DNA of 64,000 nucleotides, taken from the NCBI GenBank assembly GCA_963718615.1, contig OY970368.1, positions 1,632,001 through 1,696,000 of the forward strand, written 5' to 3'. Made by a program: the position numbers and the translations under genes. The notes beneath the pieces were generated by a model. It did no database searches, had not been told where the DNA came from, and saw nothing but the letters and a program-made list of their open reading frames with translations. Position 1 is the stretch's first letter; every line of letters begins with the position of its first letter. Below are positions 30,993 through 41,253 of the stretch, in pieces. The DNA is from an uncultured cyanobacterium. Its GTDB lineage: Bacteria; Cyanobacteriota; Cyanobacteriia; PCC-9006; JAAUQQ01.

Positions 30993-32339
30993 ATGACTCA
31001 GAAAATTATTCAGGTTGAAGGTTTAGGTAAGAAGTATAGGGTTGGGAGACTACAGTCCCAGGCCCGTTATACTTCCCTGCGAGATGTCATGGCAAAAAGT
31101 GCCAAGTCTCTACAGCAATATGTGATGAAGCCGAGTACGATCTTAGCAAATCCTGCATCTCAGGAAGAAGATTTTTGGGCTTTAAAAGATGTGTCGTTTG
31201 ACGTTAAACAAGGCGATCGTGTTGGCATTGTAGGACGTAATGGAGCGGGTAAATCTACACTATTAAAAATCCTTAGCCGTATTACAGAACCAACGCAGGG
31301 ACGTATTTCACTACAAGGACGTGTGGCAAGTTTGCTAGAGGTCGGCACTGGCTTTCATCCAGAACTGACAGGTCGAGAAAACATTTTTCTGAATGGTGCA
31401 ATTCTAGGAATGAGTCGTCTAGAAATTCGTCGTAAATTTGATGAAATTGTTGCCTTTGCAGAAGTTGATAAATTTTTGGATGTACCTGTTAAGCGCTATT
31501 CTTCAGGTATGTATGTCCGTCTTGCCTTTGCTGTAGCTGCTCACCTTGAACCTGAAATTTTGATTGTTGATGAAGTGCTTGCGGTGGGCGATGCACAATT
31601 CCAAAATAAGTGCTTAGGTAAAATGCAGGATGTCGCCCATAGCGGACGCACTGTGCTCTTTGTCAGTCACAATATGGCAGCGATTCGGCAGCTTTGTAAT
31701 ACAGCTGTTGTTTTAGACCACGGTAGGTTGAGTTTTATGGGGAACGCGGACACAGGCATTGCTTACTATCTCAAAAACTCTCAATCTCACCAAGCCTTTA
31801 CGGGCAAACGCAGTCTCTACGGGCTGGAATTGCAGGAAGTATCTCTCCTCGAATCCGGTAGCCAATTGGCGACTCTAGGTCCTGTTTTTAACCAGAGTTA
31901 TCGGTTGCAGCTGCGCTTTTTAGCCCAAGAGTCAATTACTCAAGCGGCGGTCGTGGTACGTTTGTTTGATGCAGTCGGTACGCTGGTTTCTAGTATTTGT
32001 ACCCCAGAAGAAGGCATCAACCCCTTTACCTTAAGTGGGGCCATAGAAGTTTGTTTTGATCTACCAAAGCTGCAACTCATGCCTGGTCCTTATCGACTGA
32101 GTGTGTTTGTTTATCGTGCCAATGACCCAGGCGTTTACTTAGAAGCAGAAGATGCCTTAGCTTTTGAACTCTATCCAGCCATTGTTCGCGATGGTATGTG
32201 GGCCTATCGTCCAGATCACGGTGTTGTTCGTATTGCGAATGGGGGACTAGTGCGAGCGATTTCTCCTGAATGTTCTGAGCCTAAAACTTCTGCACCTCCT
32301 GTATCTGATACGAACCAGATGTTAAAAATGGCTCACTAG
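30993..32339 (+). CDS. wzt: Polysaccharide ABC transporter ATPase with C-terminal Wzt carbohydrate-binding domain
   Basis: GRNGAGKST, YSSGM, IVDEVLAVGD, about 190 aa C-terminal extension. Confidence 0.93.
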   Translation: MTQKIIQVEGLGKKYRVGRLQSQARYTSLRDVMAKSAKSLQQYVMKPSTILANPASQEEDFWALKDVSFDVKQGDRVGIVGRNGAGKSTLLKILSRITEPTQGRISLQGRVASLLEVGTGFHPELTGRENIFLNGAILGMSRLEIRRKFDEIVAFAEVDKFLDVPVKRYSSGMYVRLAFAVAAHLEPEILIVDEVLAVGDAQFQNKCLGKMQDVAHSGRTVLFVSHNMAAIRQLCNTAVVLDHGRLSFMGNADTGIAYYLKNSQSHQAFTGKRSLYGLELQEVSLLESGSQLATLGPVFNQSYRLQLRFLAQESITQAAVVVRLFDAVGTLVSSICTPEEGINPFTLSGAIEVCFDLPKLQLMPGPYRLSVFVYRANDPGVYLEAEDALAFELYPAIVRDGMWAYRPDHGVVRIANGGLVRAISPECSEPKTSAPPVSDTNQMLKMAH

Positions 32340-32375
32340 AGCTCCTATCATCTTTGCTTTGCTGATAATCTGCTT

Positions 32376-33728
32376 ATGCAACTTCTATACATTACTCCTG
32401 AATATCCACCCTGCTCTGGGGGAGGGATTGCCACTTTTTATCATCACCTGCTACCCACCTTAGCTCGCCAGGGCCACGACGTGCGAGTTCTGGTTGCTAA
32501 TGCGTTGATGGATCCTTTTCCGCCCTATAGGGACCAGGGAATCCAAGTAGATTGTATTGATCAACAAGAGATTGCCGCACTACTGCCTTATTTTAGTCAC
32601 TATAGTGGGATGCCCTATCTTCAGCGCTATCTTGCAACAGCTTGGGCTGCCTGGGAACAAACCAGAGGAGGGCAAGGCTTTGATCGGGTGGAAACTACGG
32701 ATTGGGGCTTATTGTTTATCCCTTGGGTTGTTGCGGCTGAGCGGCCCCCATCGGTCGTCCAATGTCACGCTAGCCTTGGACAAATTGACCGTTATGATCC
32801 CCAATCAGGTCAAGAGTTGCAAGGTCATTTAATTCGTTTGATCGAAGCCGGTGGATTGGCGATCGCCGACGAAGTTCAAACCTACAGTCGCATGAATCAA
32901 AGGGATTGGGAAGCTTTGCTCCATCGCCCAGTCAGCCTGATTTCTCCTGCGTTTTCTCCAGAGTCTTTCCCACCCTTGGCCTCAGTTCCTACAATGCCTC
33001 TGGGCCAGGGACTTGTTGTAGGTCGTATTCAGCAATGGAAGGGTCCTCTGGTACTTTGCGAAGCCCTACAACTCTTGGGTGACCAAGCACCAACCTTAAC
33101 TTGGGTTGGGCGAGATACTCCCTATCGTGTTGCTCATCAATCGATGTCAACTTACCTGAAAACCCATTATCCTCGTATCTGGGGAAAGCAGGTTCAAGCA
33201 ATAGGCCCCCAGCCCCCAGCCATTGTCGCCCAGATGCAGGCCCAAGCAGATTTTATTGTTGTTCCATCAACTTGGGATGTATTTAATTTAAGCGGCGTTG
33301 AAGGCATGGCCCAAGGAAAAGTGGTAATCTGCTCCAAAGGAGCTGGATTGGCCGATCTGATTGAACCGGATGTAAATGGATTCTTATTCGCACCGGGAGA
33401 CAGTTCAGCCTTGGCAGATTGTTTACGGTCCTATCAGCAACTCTCTGCGTCAGCGCGACAAAGGATGGGAAAGGCTGCACAAGAAACTATTTATACTCGA
33501 TTGAATCCAGAGATGATTGCTCAACGTCGTTATGAACTCTATGGCAAGCTTAGTCAGCACAATTCTCTGACTTCTGCAAAACCTCCGTCAGAATGGTTGA
33601 TTAATGCAGTGAGCCCAGCCCCATCCCTAACTCGATCCGACGCTTTTCTTGATAATTTTCCCCTACGTCAGTTAATTGGCTATTGTGGTCAGCGATTGCT
33701 ACAAAAAGGATTATCAAAGGTTCTATAG
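32376..33728 (+). CDS. Glycosyltransferase family 4
   Basis: EYPP..GGIAT; PSTWDVFNLSGVEGMAQG. Confidence 0.88.
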   Translation: MQLLYITPEYPPCSGGGIATFYHHLLPTLARQGHDVRVLVANALMDPFPPYRDQGIQVDCIDQQEIAALLPYFSHYSGMPYLQRYLATAWAAWEQTRGGQGFDRVETTDWGLLFIPWVVAAERPPSVVQCHASLGQIDRYDPQSGQELQGHLIRLIEAGGLAIADEVQTYSRMNQRDWEALLHRPVSLISPAFSPESFPPLASVPTMPLGQGLVVGRIQQWKGPLVLCEALQLLGDQAPTLTWVGRDTPYRVAHQSMSTYLKTHYPRIWGKQVQAIGPQPPAIVAQMQAQADFIVVPSTWDVFNLSGVEGMAQGKVVICSKGAGLADLIEPDVNGFLFAPGDSSALADCLRSYQQLSASARQRMGKAAQETIYTRLNPEMIAQRRYELYGKLSQHNSLTSAKPPSEWLINAVSPAPSLTRSDAFLDNFPLRQLIGYCGQRLLQKGLSKVL

Positions 33729-33843
33729 AGACTGTAAAGAGTTAATTATTTGGCTTAGATTTTAACTTAAACTTAAACCTTAGATTTAAGTGATGTTGGA
33801 ATATATTCCTGTTGTTATCGTTTAGCTGTTGCCTCAACTCGTT

Positions 33844-34797
33844 ATGGCTATCCCTTCCCTTGCTTTGTGTATTCCGGCTTATAATGCTGCTGCTTTTTTG
33901 CCCCAGCTGTTGGCTTCTGCTCAAGCTCAAACCCGTCCCTTTACTGAAATTTGGGTCTACGACGATTGCAGTACAGACTCTACTTCGGAAGTGGCAGCCG
34001 CCTATGGGGCTCAGATTATTCGGGGCGAAAAAAACCGGGGCTGTTCTTGGGGTAAAAATGTGTTGGCTCAGCAAACCCAATGTGATTGGATTCACTTTCA
34101 TGATGCTGATGATGCGCTCTATCCTAACTTTGTTGAGGCAGCCCAAGATTGGATGGTACAGGCAGATGCTCCTGATGTAGTTCTATTTTCCTATGAGTAC
34201 CGAGAGCAAGAGAACTCGGTTTTGATTGATTTACAACAGTTTGATGATCAAGCGTTACGACGGGATGCGATCGCCTACTGTATCCGCACCCAGATTAATC
34301 CCTTTTGCGGTCTCTATCGTCGAGAATCTTTTTTAGATTGTGGGGGCTATGATATAGACCCACAAGTTCTTTACAACGAAGACGTAGCCTTTCACTGTCG
34401 GTTGGCCATTGCAGGGGCAAAATTTGCGGCTGATCCGCGAATTACAGTTATTAACTACCGTTGTGCGAACTCCATGTCGCAGGCCAATGCTGTGCGTTGT
34501 CTGCGAGCCCAGTATCAAGTCATGGCTAAGGTTGCGGCTGCATTACCAGGCCAGTATCAATCACCCGTTGCTCAACGACTTTGGGAAATTGCTGGAGTAT
34601 CAGCGGCTTGCTCGGATTGGCAAAATGCAGATGCCTGTGTCACCTTGGCTAGACAACTTGTCGCTAAGCCAAATGTTAGCCAGTATCAGTTCTTTAATCA
34701 ACTCTGTACTTTTCAGCCCTATTTGGCACTTCGCTTGCGTGAATATCTAATCCGTCAATTCAAACCTGATTTACGACTATCAGTTATCGCTGCCTGA
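33844..34797 (+). CDS. Glycosyltransferase family 2
   Basis: IPAYN, DDCSTD, HDADD; ATG at 33844. Confidence 0.9.
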   Translation: MAIPSLALCIPAYNAAAFLPQLLASAQAQTRPFTEIWVYDDCSTDSTSEVAAAYGAQIIRGEKNRGCSWGKNVLAQQTQCDWIHFHDADDALYPNFVEAAQDWMVQADAPDVVLFSYEYREQENSVLIDLQQFDDQALRRDAIAYCIRTQINPFCGLYRRESFLDCGGYDIDPQVLYNEDVAFHCRLAIAGAKFAADPRITVINYRCANSMSQANAVRCLRAQYQVMAKVAAALPGQYQSPVAQRLWEIAGVSAACSDWQNADACVTLARQLVAKPNVSQYQFFNQLCTFQPYLALRLREYLIRQFKPDLRLSVIAA

Positions 34798-34832
34798 TGT
34801 TAGTTACACTGGTGAACTGAAAGATTTATTTT

Positions 34833-35795
34833 ATGAATGCTCTTGTTTCAATTCTAGTTCCCTGTCATAACGCTGCAGATTGGTTACCACAGACACTAGA
34901 GTCTGCAATTGCCCAAACTTGGCGACACACCGAGATCATTGTCGTTGATGATGGTTCGACCGATGCTAGCTTGGCAATTGCTCAATTTTTTGCAAATCAG
35001 CATGCTCAAATTCAAGTTATTACCCAAGCAAAACAAGGGGCGAGTTCTGCACGTAATCGAGCCTATGAAGCTTGTCAGGGTGAATGGATTCAATATTTAG
35101 ATGCTGATGATTTGCTAGCGCCTGACAAGATTGAGCGACAGATGTGTCGCCTAGAGCATTGTGGAAATACTTTCCTGGCTGCAGGAGAATGGGCTAGGTT
35201 CTATGACTCACCCCATAATGCATGTTTCATCCCTGAACCTCTCTGGGCAGATTTGGCACCCGTAGATTGGTTAATATGTGCTTGGCAAGGCAACTGGATG
35301 ATGCATCCAGCGGCTTGGCTCGTACCTCGTTCGCTCGCAGAAAAGGCTGGTCCTTGGGATGAAGCGCTTTCTCTCAACGATGATGGTGAATATTTCTGCC
35401 GCGTGATTTTGGCAAGCCAAGGAATTCAGTTTTGTTGGGGTGCCCGTAGTTATTACCGTTCTGGTCTTCAGGGGAGTCTTAGCCGAACTCGATCAGATGC
35501 TGCTTGGTCCTCAGCATTGCGTTCGTTAGAGAGCTGTTATGAACATCTTCTTGCTGTCGAAACTAGCCCTCGAACTCGTGAGATCTGCGCTCTATTATTT
35601 CAGCGATTTGTCTATGAAGCATATCCCCACGTTCCCGCTTTACGACAGCGTGCCGAACTCTATCTCCGAGATCTGGGAACTATTTCCCTCGCTCCCCTAG
35701 GTGGACCTTGGTTTCAAATTGCTGCTGCAATATTAGGCTGGCAGCAGGCAAAGCGTATTCAGCAATGGACCCATTCTCTGAGCTTTATTGAATGA
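34833..35795 (+). CDS. Glycosyltransferase family 2
   Basis: VPCHN, VDDGSTD, LDADD. Confidence 0.92.
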   Translation: MNALVSILVPCHNAADWLPQTLESAIAQTWRHTEIIVVDDGSTDASLAIAQFFANQHAQIQVITQAKQGASSARNRAYEACQGEWIQYLDADDLLAPDKIERQMCRLEHCGNTFLAAGEWARFYDSPHNACFIPEPLWADLAPVDWLICAWQGNWMMHPAAWLVPRSLAEKAGPWDEALSLNDDGEYFCRVILASQGIQFCWGARSYYRSGLQGSLSRTRSDAAWSSALRSLESCYEHLLAVETSPRTREICALLFQRFVYEAYPHVPALRQRAELYLRDLGTISLAPLGGPWFQIAAAILGWQQAKRIQQWTHSLSFIE

Positions 35796-37081
35796 GGCTA
35801 AGATCAATTATGGCAAGAATTTTAATTTTGATTGGGGCGCATCTTTGCACTGCACCTCGACCTCAAAAAGAAGCAGACCTACTAGCTAAAGCGGGTCATG
35901 ATATAACAGTTTGTGGTGTTTGGTTTGATGAGGAACTTGTGGAACGCGATCGCCAAATCATCGCAAACAAAGCTTGGCTTTTTCAGCCTGTGCTTGACTT
36001 TCGCTCAAGTCGAGACAATCGCTGGCAACATTTAATGGTTCGGCTACAGGCTCGCATTGTACGTACTTTATTTCGTAGATTTGGGTGGTTTTCTCCTAGT
36101 TTATTAGGGTACGGGGTTAGAAAGTTACTGAAGGAAGCACGCACTAGAAAGGCTGATCTAACGATTGTTCATTCTGAGTCCGGGCTCTGGGTTGGTCGTT
36201 CTCTTCTCTCTCAGGGATTACAGGTAGGGGTAGATTTTGAGGATTGGTTTTCTCGTGATTTGTTGCCAGGAGCAATTCGTCCTGTTCGCCAATTAGAACA
36301 ATTGGAGAGATTTTTAGCGCAGCATTGTATCTATTGTTTAACCACATCTCAGGCTTTATCGGAATCGATTGCCTCTACTTATAATGTTCCTCGCCCAACA
36401 GTGATATACAATGCCTTCTCCCAATCTAATATTGCTGAAAATGATACGGCTGATAAACTCTATCAGCAATCTACGATTAAGCTACACTGGTTTTCTCAAA
36501 AAATTGGTCCAGGACGAGGATTGGAACTCTTGTTTCAAGCACTACATCAACTCGATTTAAATTCAGATTATTCCATAGAAATTTATCTTCGAGGCCAGCA
36601 CTCAGAGGAAACTAGATATTGGGTTAATTCTCAAGTTCCTAATGCTTGGCGATCGCACATCTTTCTCGAATCGACGGTATCCAATGAAAAGCTTCTTGCC
36701 TGTACTGCTCAATATGATATTGGGCTAGCCCTTGAACAATCGACTCCCCCTAGCCGTAATCTAACGATTACGAACAAACTGTTTCAATATTTGCAAGCGG
36801 GGCTTGCAGTCATTGCAACGCCCACGGCTGGTCAGCGTGAAATCCTGACACAGAATCCTCAAGTGGGAGCGTTAATGCTAGACTTTACACCCGAGGCTTT
36901 TGTCGCTGTGCTAGAGCCTTTGGTGCGATCGCCTCAACGTTTGATACAAGCAAAACGAGCTGCAAGACAAAAATTTGAGAAGCACTATGCTTGGGAACAT
37001 CAGCAGCATAAACTGCTGACCGCTGTTGATCGAGCTTTAGGGATTTCTTGTACGAACGCTATAAACTATACCTATGAATGA
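35792..37081 (+). CDS. Glycosyltransferase (GT-B, GT4-like)
   Basis: GPGRGLE, NKLFQYLQAGL; ATGA overlap with the upstream gene. Confidence 0.85.
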   Translation: MRLRSIMARILILIGAHLCTAPRPQKEADLLAKAGHDITVCGVWFDEELVERDRQIIANKAWLFQPVLDFRSSRDNRWQHLMVRLQARIVRTLFRRFGWFSPSLLGYGVRKLLKEARTRKADLTIVHSESGLWVGRSLLSQGLQVGVDFEDWFSRDLLPGAIRPVRQLEQLERFLAQHCIYCLTTSQALSESIASTYNVPRPTVIYNAFSQSNIAENDTADKLYQQSTIKLHWFSQKIGPGRGLELLFQALHQLDLNSDYSIEIYLRGQHSEETRYWVNSQVPNAWRSHIFLESTVSNEKLLACTAQYDIGLALEQSTPPSRNLTITNKLFQYLQAGLAVIATPTAGQREILTQNPQVGALMLDFTPEAFVAVLEPLVRSPQRLIQAKRAARQKFEKHYAWEHQQHKLLTAVDRALGISCTNAINYTYE

Positions 37082-38156
37082 TATGAGAACTTGGAGTCAT
37101 TATCAAAGCCTAGATTTGTGGAGAGGATTTGCCGCCCTTTGGGTTATGGTTTTTCATGGATTTGGATCGCTTTATGATCAGCCTTTACATCCTTGGGTTG
37201 CTATTGTGAGTAACTTTGCTAAGCCTGGATGGATAGGAGTACATCTTTTCTTTGTTGTTAGTGGCTATTGTATCGCAGTGAGTGTTTACCGGCTTTTGCA
37301 GGGTCAGGAAAATGCCCTGATTTTTTTGAAGAAACGGGCTTGGCGTCTTCTTCCAACCTACTGGTCTGCGTTTCTTTTAACGCTTTTAATTAATTTAGGT
37401 ACTGCACCCCTAAATGGCACCTCATTTGCCAGTAATATGCCCTCCACTGGGCTCGCTTGGCTTGGAAATTTGTTTTTGATTCAACCCTATCTTCAGGTTC
37501 CCTTTTATGGTGTTGTTTATTGGTCTCTTGTGGTTGAAGTTGGTTTTTATGTAATCGTTGCTCTTTTGTTGCTACTCAATCAAATTGGCGGAATCAGGCT
37601 AACGCTATGGGTTGGCATTGCCTTGGCTTTCGCCTCATCCCAGTTGCCTAAAGATTTTGTCATCTATACTTTACCCTATTGGTGTGAGTTTTGTTGTGGA
37701 GTTTTACTCTTTTTAGCTTTGTTATTTAAGTTTGAAAAGAATCAGTCTGGTCGGGTTTTTATTGCGCTCTCGCTTATTTCAATTCTGGGAGGAATTAGCA
37801 TTTTTCAAAATTTACAAGACCAAGGAAATCAGCTTTGGTTTAGTAGCCTGTTTGCGTTGCTACTCTTTGTTTTGCATCGTTGGGATAAAGCAGTTAGTCA
37901 AGCTATTCTGCTGAAAATTTTCAAGAATCTAGGACTGATTTCCTATTCGCTTTATCTGATTCATGTTCCCATTGCAGGACGCGTGATTAATTTAGGCTTG
38001 CGGTATATTGGAACTCAAGATTTAGGATTGCTTGGCCTTGAGTTATTATCCTGGACGATTGCGATCGCAGCGAGCTATGTTTTTTATCTTGGATTTGAGC
38101 GTCCTTTTGCTAAAGGATTACCTCAAAAAACAACGGTCTCTGGCTTATCTGCTTAG
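37074..38156 (+). CDS. Acyltransferase family 3 (OafA-like) membrane O-acyltransferase
   Basis: LDLWRGFAAL, GVHLFFVVSGY, WSLVVEVGFY, ISYSLYLIH. Confidence 0.92.
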   Translation: MNDMRTWSHYQSLDLWRGFAALWVMVFHGFGSLYDQPLHPWVAIVSNFAKPGWIGVHLFFVVSGYCIAVSVYRLLQGQENALIFLKKRAWRLLPTYWSAFLLTLLINLGTAPLNGTSFASNMPSTGLAWLGNLFLIQPYLQVPFYGVVYWSLVVEVGFYVIVALLLLLNQIGGIRLTLWVGIALAFASSQLPKDFVIYTLPYWCEFCCGVLLFLALLFKFEKNQSGRVFIALSLISILGGISIFQNLQDQGNQLWFSSLFALLLFVLHRWDKAVSQAILLKIFKNLGLISYSLYLIHVPIAGRVINLGLRYIGTQDLGLLGLELLSWTIAIAASYVFYLGFERPFAKGLPQKTTVSGLSA

Positions 38157-38198
38157 CCCCCAGTTCTCAACCATTCATGTTTATTATCGATCTAAATT

Positions 38199-39284
38199 AT
38201 GCGTATTCTAATGACTGCGGATCCGGAACTGCCTGTCCCACCGCCTCTCTATGGTGGCATCGAACGGATCATTGATACTTTAGTCCGAGGTTTACAACAA
38301 CGTGGCCATACCGTGAACCTTCTAGCCCATCCTGATTCAACCTGTCCTTGCCCAACCATGCTTGCATGGCCTGGATTGCGATCGCAATACTTTAGGGATA
38401 CTTTCCGAAATACAAATTCACTAGTTGCGGCAACTCAGGACTACAAGCCTGACCTAGTTCATAGCTTTTCTCGACTTCAGTATCTGTTGCCGCTGTTACC
38501 GATGGCGCTGCCTAAAATCATGTCTTATCAGCGCCAACCAACGGGCCGAACAGTTGCCTGGGCGAATCGATTTGCTAAGCGATCGCTGACCTTTACCGGT
38601 TGTAGCGAACATATTTGTCAGCAGGGTCGAGCGTTTGGGGGAAATTGGGTTCCAATTCACAACTTTGTTGATCTCAAAGCCTATCAATTTCAGCCAAATG
38701 TTGCGGAGGATGCACCGCTTGTTTTTTTAAGCCGTATCGAGGAGATTAAAGGGGCTCACTGGGCAATTGCAGCCGCCCGACAAGCTAAACGTCGGCTGAT
38801 TATTGCTGGTAATCGAGTTCATTCTGAAGCAGGCGATCGCTATTGGCATGAACAGATTAAACCCTATGTGCAACTTGGCGAAGTTGAATATATCGGCCCC
38901 ATCAATGACGCGCAGAAAAACGAGCTTTTGGGGCAAGCTGCTGCGATGCTCGTTCCTATTCAATGGGATGAGCCATTTGGCATTGTTTTTGTAGAAGCTT
39001 TGGCCTGCGGAACACCCGTAATTGCCTGTCCACGAGGTGCATTACCTGAAATTGTGCGACCAGGAGTTGAGGGATTCCTGATACAGAGTATTGCCGAAGC
39101 TGTCGCAGCAATTCGCCAATTACCAAAGGTTAATCGTCAAGACTGCCGCAAACGAGTGGAGGCTCAGTTTTCTTCGGATGTGATTGTCTCACGCTACGAA
39201 CAACTGTATCAGCAGCGACTGGAGAAATCTAACATTCCTAATAAAGCTCACTACTTTACTTCCATTTCATGGCTACGATCGTAA
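38199..39284 (+). CDS. Glycosyltransferase family 4
   Basis: PPPLYGGIER; EPFGIVFVEALACG. Confidence 0.93.
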   Translation: MRILMTADPELPVPPPLYGGIERIIDTLVRGLQQRGHTVNLLAHPDSTCPCPTMLAWPGLRSQYFRDTFRNTNSLVAATQDYKPDLVHSFSRLQYLLPLLPMALPKIMSYQRQPTGRTVAWANRFAKRSLTFTGCSEHICQQGRAFGGNWVPIHNFVDLKAYQFQPNVAEDAPLVFLSRIEEIKGAHWAIAAARQAKRRLIIAGNRVHSEAGDRYWHEQIKPYVQLGEVEYIGPINDAQKNELLGQAAAMLVPIQWDEPFGIVFVEALACGTPVIACPRGALPEIVRPGVEGFLIQSIAEAVAAIRQLPKVNRQDCRKRVEAQFSSDVIVSRYEQLYQQRLEKSNIPNKAHYFTSISWLRS

Positions 39285-39374
39285 TCTTGGGAACAATAGA
39301 AGAACAACGCGATCGCAAACAAGCTAAATCTATCATAAAACAGTTTAGATTTGATTTTTGTCAGGAAGTTACTC

Positions 39375-40091
39375 ATGCTGAACCTGCGCGCAAAGATTCG
39401 CGAATATTTAATTCAACGTTTAGATGTTCCCAATATTCCAAATGCGTTGTCTCGCCTTTCCCAAAGCGGTTTTCAACCCCAAATTATTTTTGATGTTGGT
39501 GCTTATCGAGGCGATTTTGCTCGTAGTTGTTTGACGGTTTGGCCCCAATCACAGATCTTTTGCTGTGAAGCCTTGCCCACTAAAATTCAAGAGCTTAAGC
39601 AGCTTTCATCCCAGAACTCAAATATTCATGTTGTTCCTGGTTTGGTAGGATCTTGTTATCAGTCCCAGGTTCCTTTACATGAAGTGGAAACAGCCTCTTC
39701 TGTATTAGTTGAACATATAAATCATGATTTTCCAGTCAATTACTATCCTATGTATCCTATCGATACACTAGTTAAGCGAGAAGCTAATGGATTAAAACTA
39801 GATTTTCTAAAAATTGACGTTCAGGGATACGAACTAGAAGTCTTAAAAGGAGCAGAACAAACACTGCCCCATTTACAGGCAATTCTTGCAGAGATTAATC
39901 TGCTTGATATTCATCAAAACACCCCTTTATTAGCTGAAATGATTGAGTGGCTGCATCAGCGCGGTTGGGTTGCCTTTGATATTTGCGGAATGACACGTCG
40001 TCCTTTGGATAAAGCACTTTGGCAAGCTGACTTCATTTTTGTGCCCAAGGAAAGCGTACTGCGGGCGGACAAGCGATACGCTAAGGCTTAA
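39375..40091 (+). CDS. FkbM family methyltransferase
   Basis: FDVGAYRG, LKIDVQGYELEVLKG; ATG at 39375. Confidence 0.9.
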   Translation: MLNLRAKIREYLIQRLDVPNIPNALSRLSQSGFQPQIIFDVGAYRGDFARSCLTVWPQSQIFCCEALPTKIQELKQLSSQNSNIHVVPGLVGSCYQSQVPLHEVETASSVLVEHINHDFPVNYYPMYPIDTLVKREANGLKLDFLKIDVQGYELEVLKGAEQTLPHLQAILAEINLLDIHQNTPLLAEMIEWLHQRGWVAFDICGMTRRPLDKALWQADFIFVPKESVLRADKRYAKA

Positions 40092-40152
40092 GTGAATCAG
40101 CGTTTGTCCCTACATCCATCGGAATGGGTAGATTCCTTTCCCATCTCGGTGG

Positions 40153-41247
40153 ATGGTTTTCTATGGAGATGAATTAAAAATGCTAATTTGTCCAGCTTTT
40201 TATGATGGTCAAACAAATGGAATTGGTCGAGTTGCTAATGGTTTCTATCAATCCTTGAAGTGTTTTTCCATTCCACCCTTTATCCTCAGTGCGAATGACT
40301 CGGTATCGGCTCCAAAATTAGAAATAGGAAAAGCCTATGGCGGCTCCTATGGTCGTATGTTTGTGGAGGCTTTTGGGTATCCTTTTCAGCGTCCCCCCTT
40401 CATTATTTGTATGCACCTTGCGCTATCCAGCGTAGCGCGAGTTTTGGCACAGCGCTATCGTGTTCCTTTATGGGTCTTTATTCATGGTGTTGAAGCTTGG
40501 AAGCCTTTAAAAATGCGCGACCGCTGGGGTCTTGAAGGTGCGACTCAACTGCTATTTAATTCTCATTTTACTCGTCGTCATTTTTATCAGTTCAACCCTG
40601 AATTTTCTGATTCTGCCTCTAGTGTTATTCCCCTAGGTATTGGAGAACTTCCTGAGCAAGACTTCCTGTGTTATTCAAGCTCTTTAGGCTCTAAACCGGA
40701 TCTACGTATTCTCATTGTTGGGCGTTTGTCTAAAGGTGAACGATACAAGGGCCATCAAGTCTTAATGAAAAGTCTAGGCTTAGTACAATCAGAGTTTCCC
40801 CAGGCTCGACTCACTATTGTGGGCGATGGAGATGGACGAGCTGAGTTGGAGGCGATCGCCCGCTCCTACTCCTACGCCCAGCAGATTGAATTTACAGGAC
40901 GGGTTAGCGATTCAGATTTAAGCCTACTTTATCAACGCAGTCAGGTATTTGCGATGCCATCTATGGGCGAAGGCTTTGGATTAGTTTACTTAGAAGCCAT
41001 GGCCCAAGGCTTACCTTGTCTTTGCTCTAATGTTGATGCTGCTCGTGAGGTCGTGGTTCATGGTGAAACGGGATTTGCCGTCGATCCTACTTCGGCAGAG
41101 GATGTGGCTGAACGAATTAGCCAATTGTTCCGCGATCGCCCCCTGGCCCAACGCCTTGGAGAAGCGGGACGGCGACGGTTTGCGGAACAGTTTACGCAAT
41201 CCCAGTTTCAAACTCGAATTCAACGATTGATTCAACCCTATTTGTGA
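40153..41247 (+). CDS. Glycosyltransferase family 4
   Basis: ERYKGH, EGFGLVYLEAM. Confidence 0.92.
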   Translation: MVFYGDELKMLICPAFYDGQTNGIGRVANGFYQSLKCFSIPPFILSANDSVSAPKLEIGKAYGGSYGRMFVEAFGYPFQRPPFIICMHLALSSVARVLAQRYRVPLWVFIHGVEAWKPLKMRDRWGLEGATQLLFNSHFTRRHFYQFNPEFSDSASSVIPLGIGELPEQDFLCYSSSLGSKPDLRILIVGRLSKGERYKGHQVLMKSLGLVQSEFPQARLTIVGDGDGRAELEAIARSYSYAQQIEFTGRVSDSDLSLLYQRSQVFAMPSMGEGFGLVYLEAMAQGLPCLCSNVDAAREVVVHGETGFAVDPTSAEDVAERISQLFRDRPLAQRLGEAGRRRFAEQFTQSQFQTRIQRLIQPYL

Positions 41248-41253
41248 AGCGAT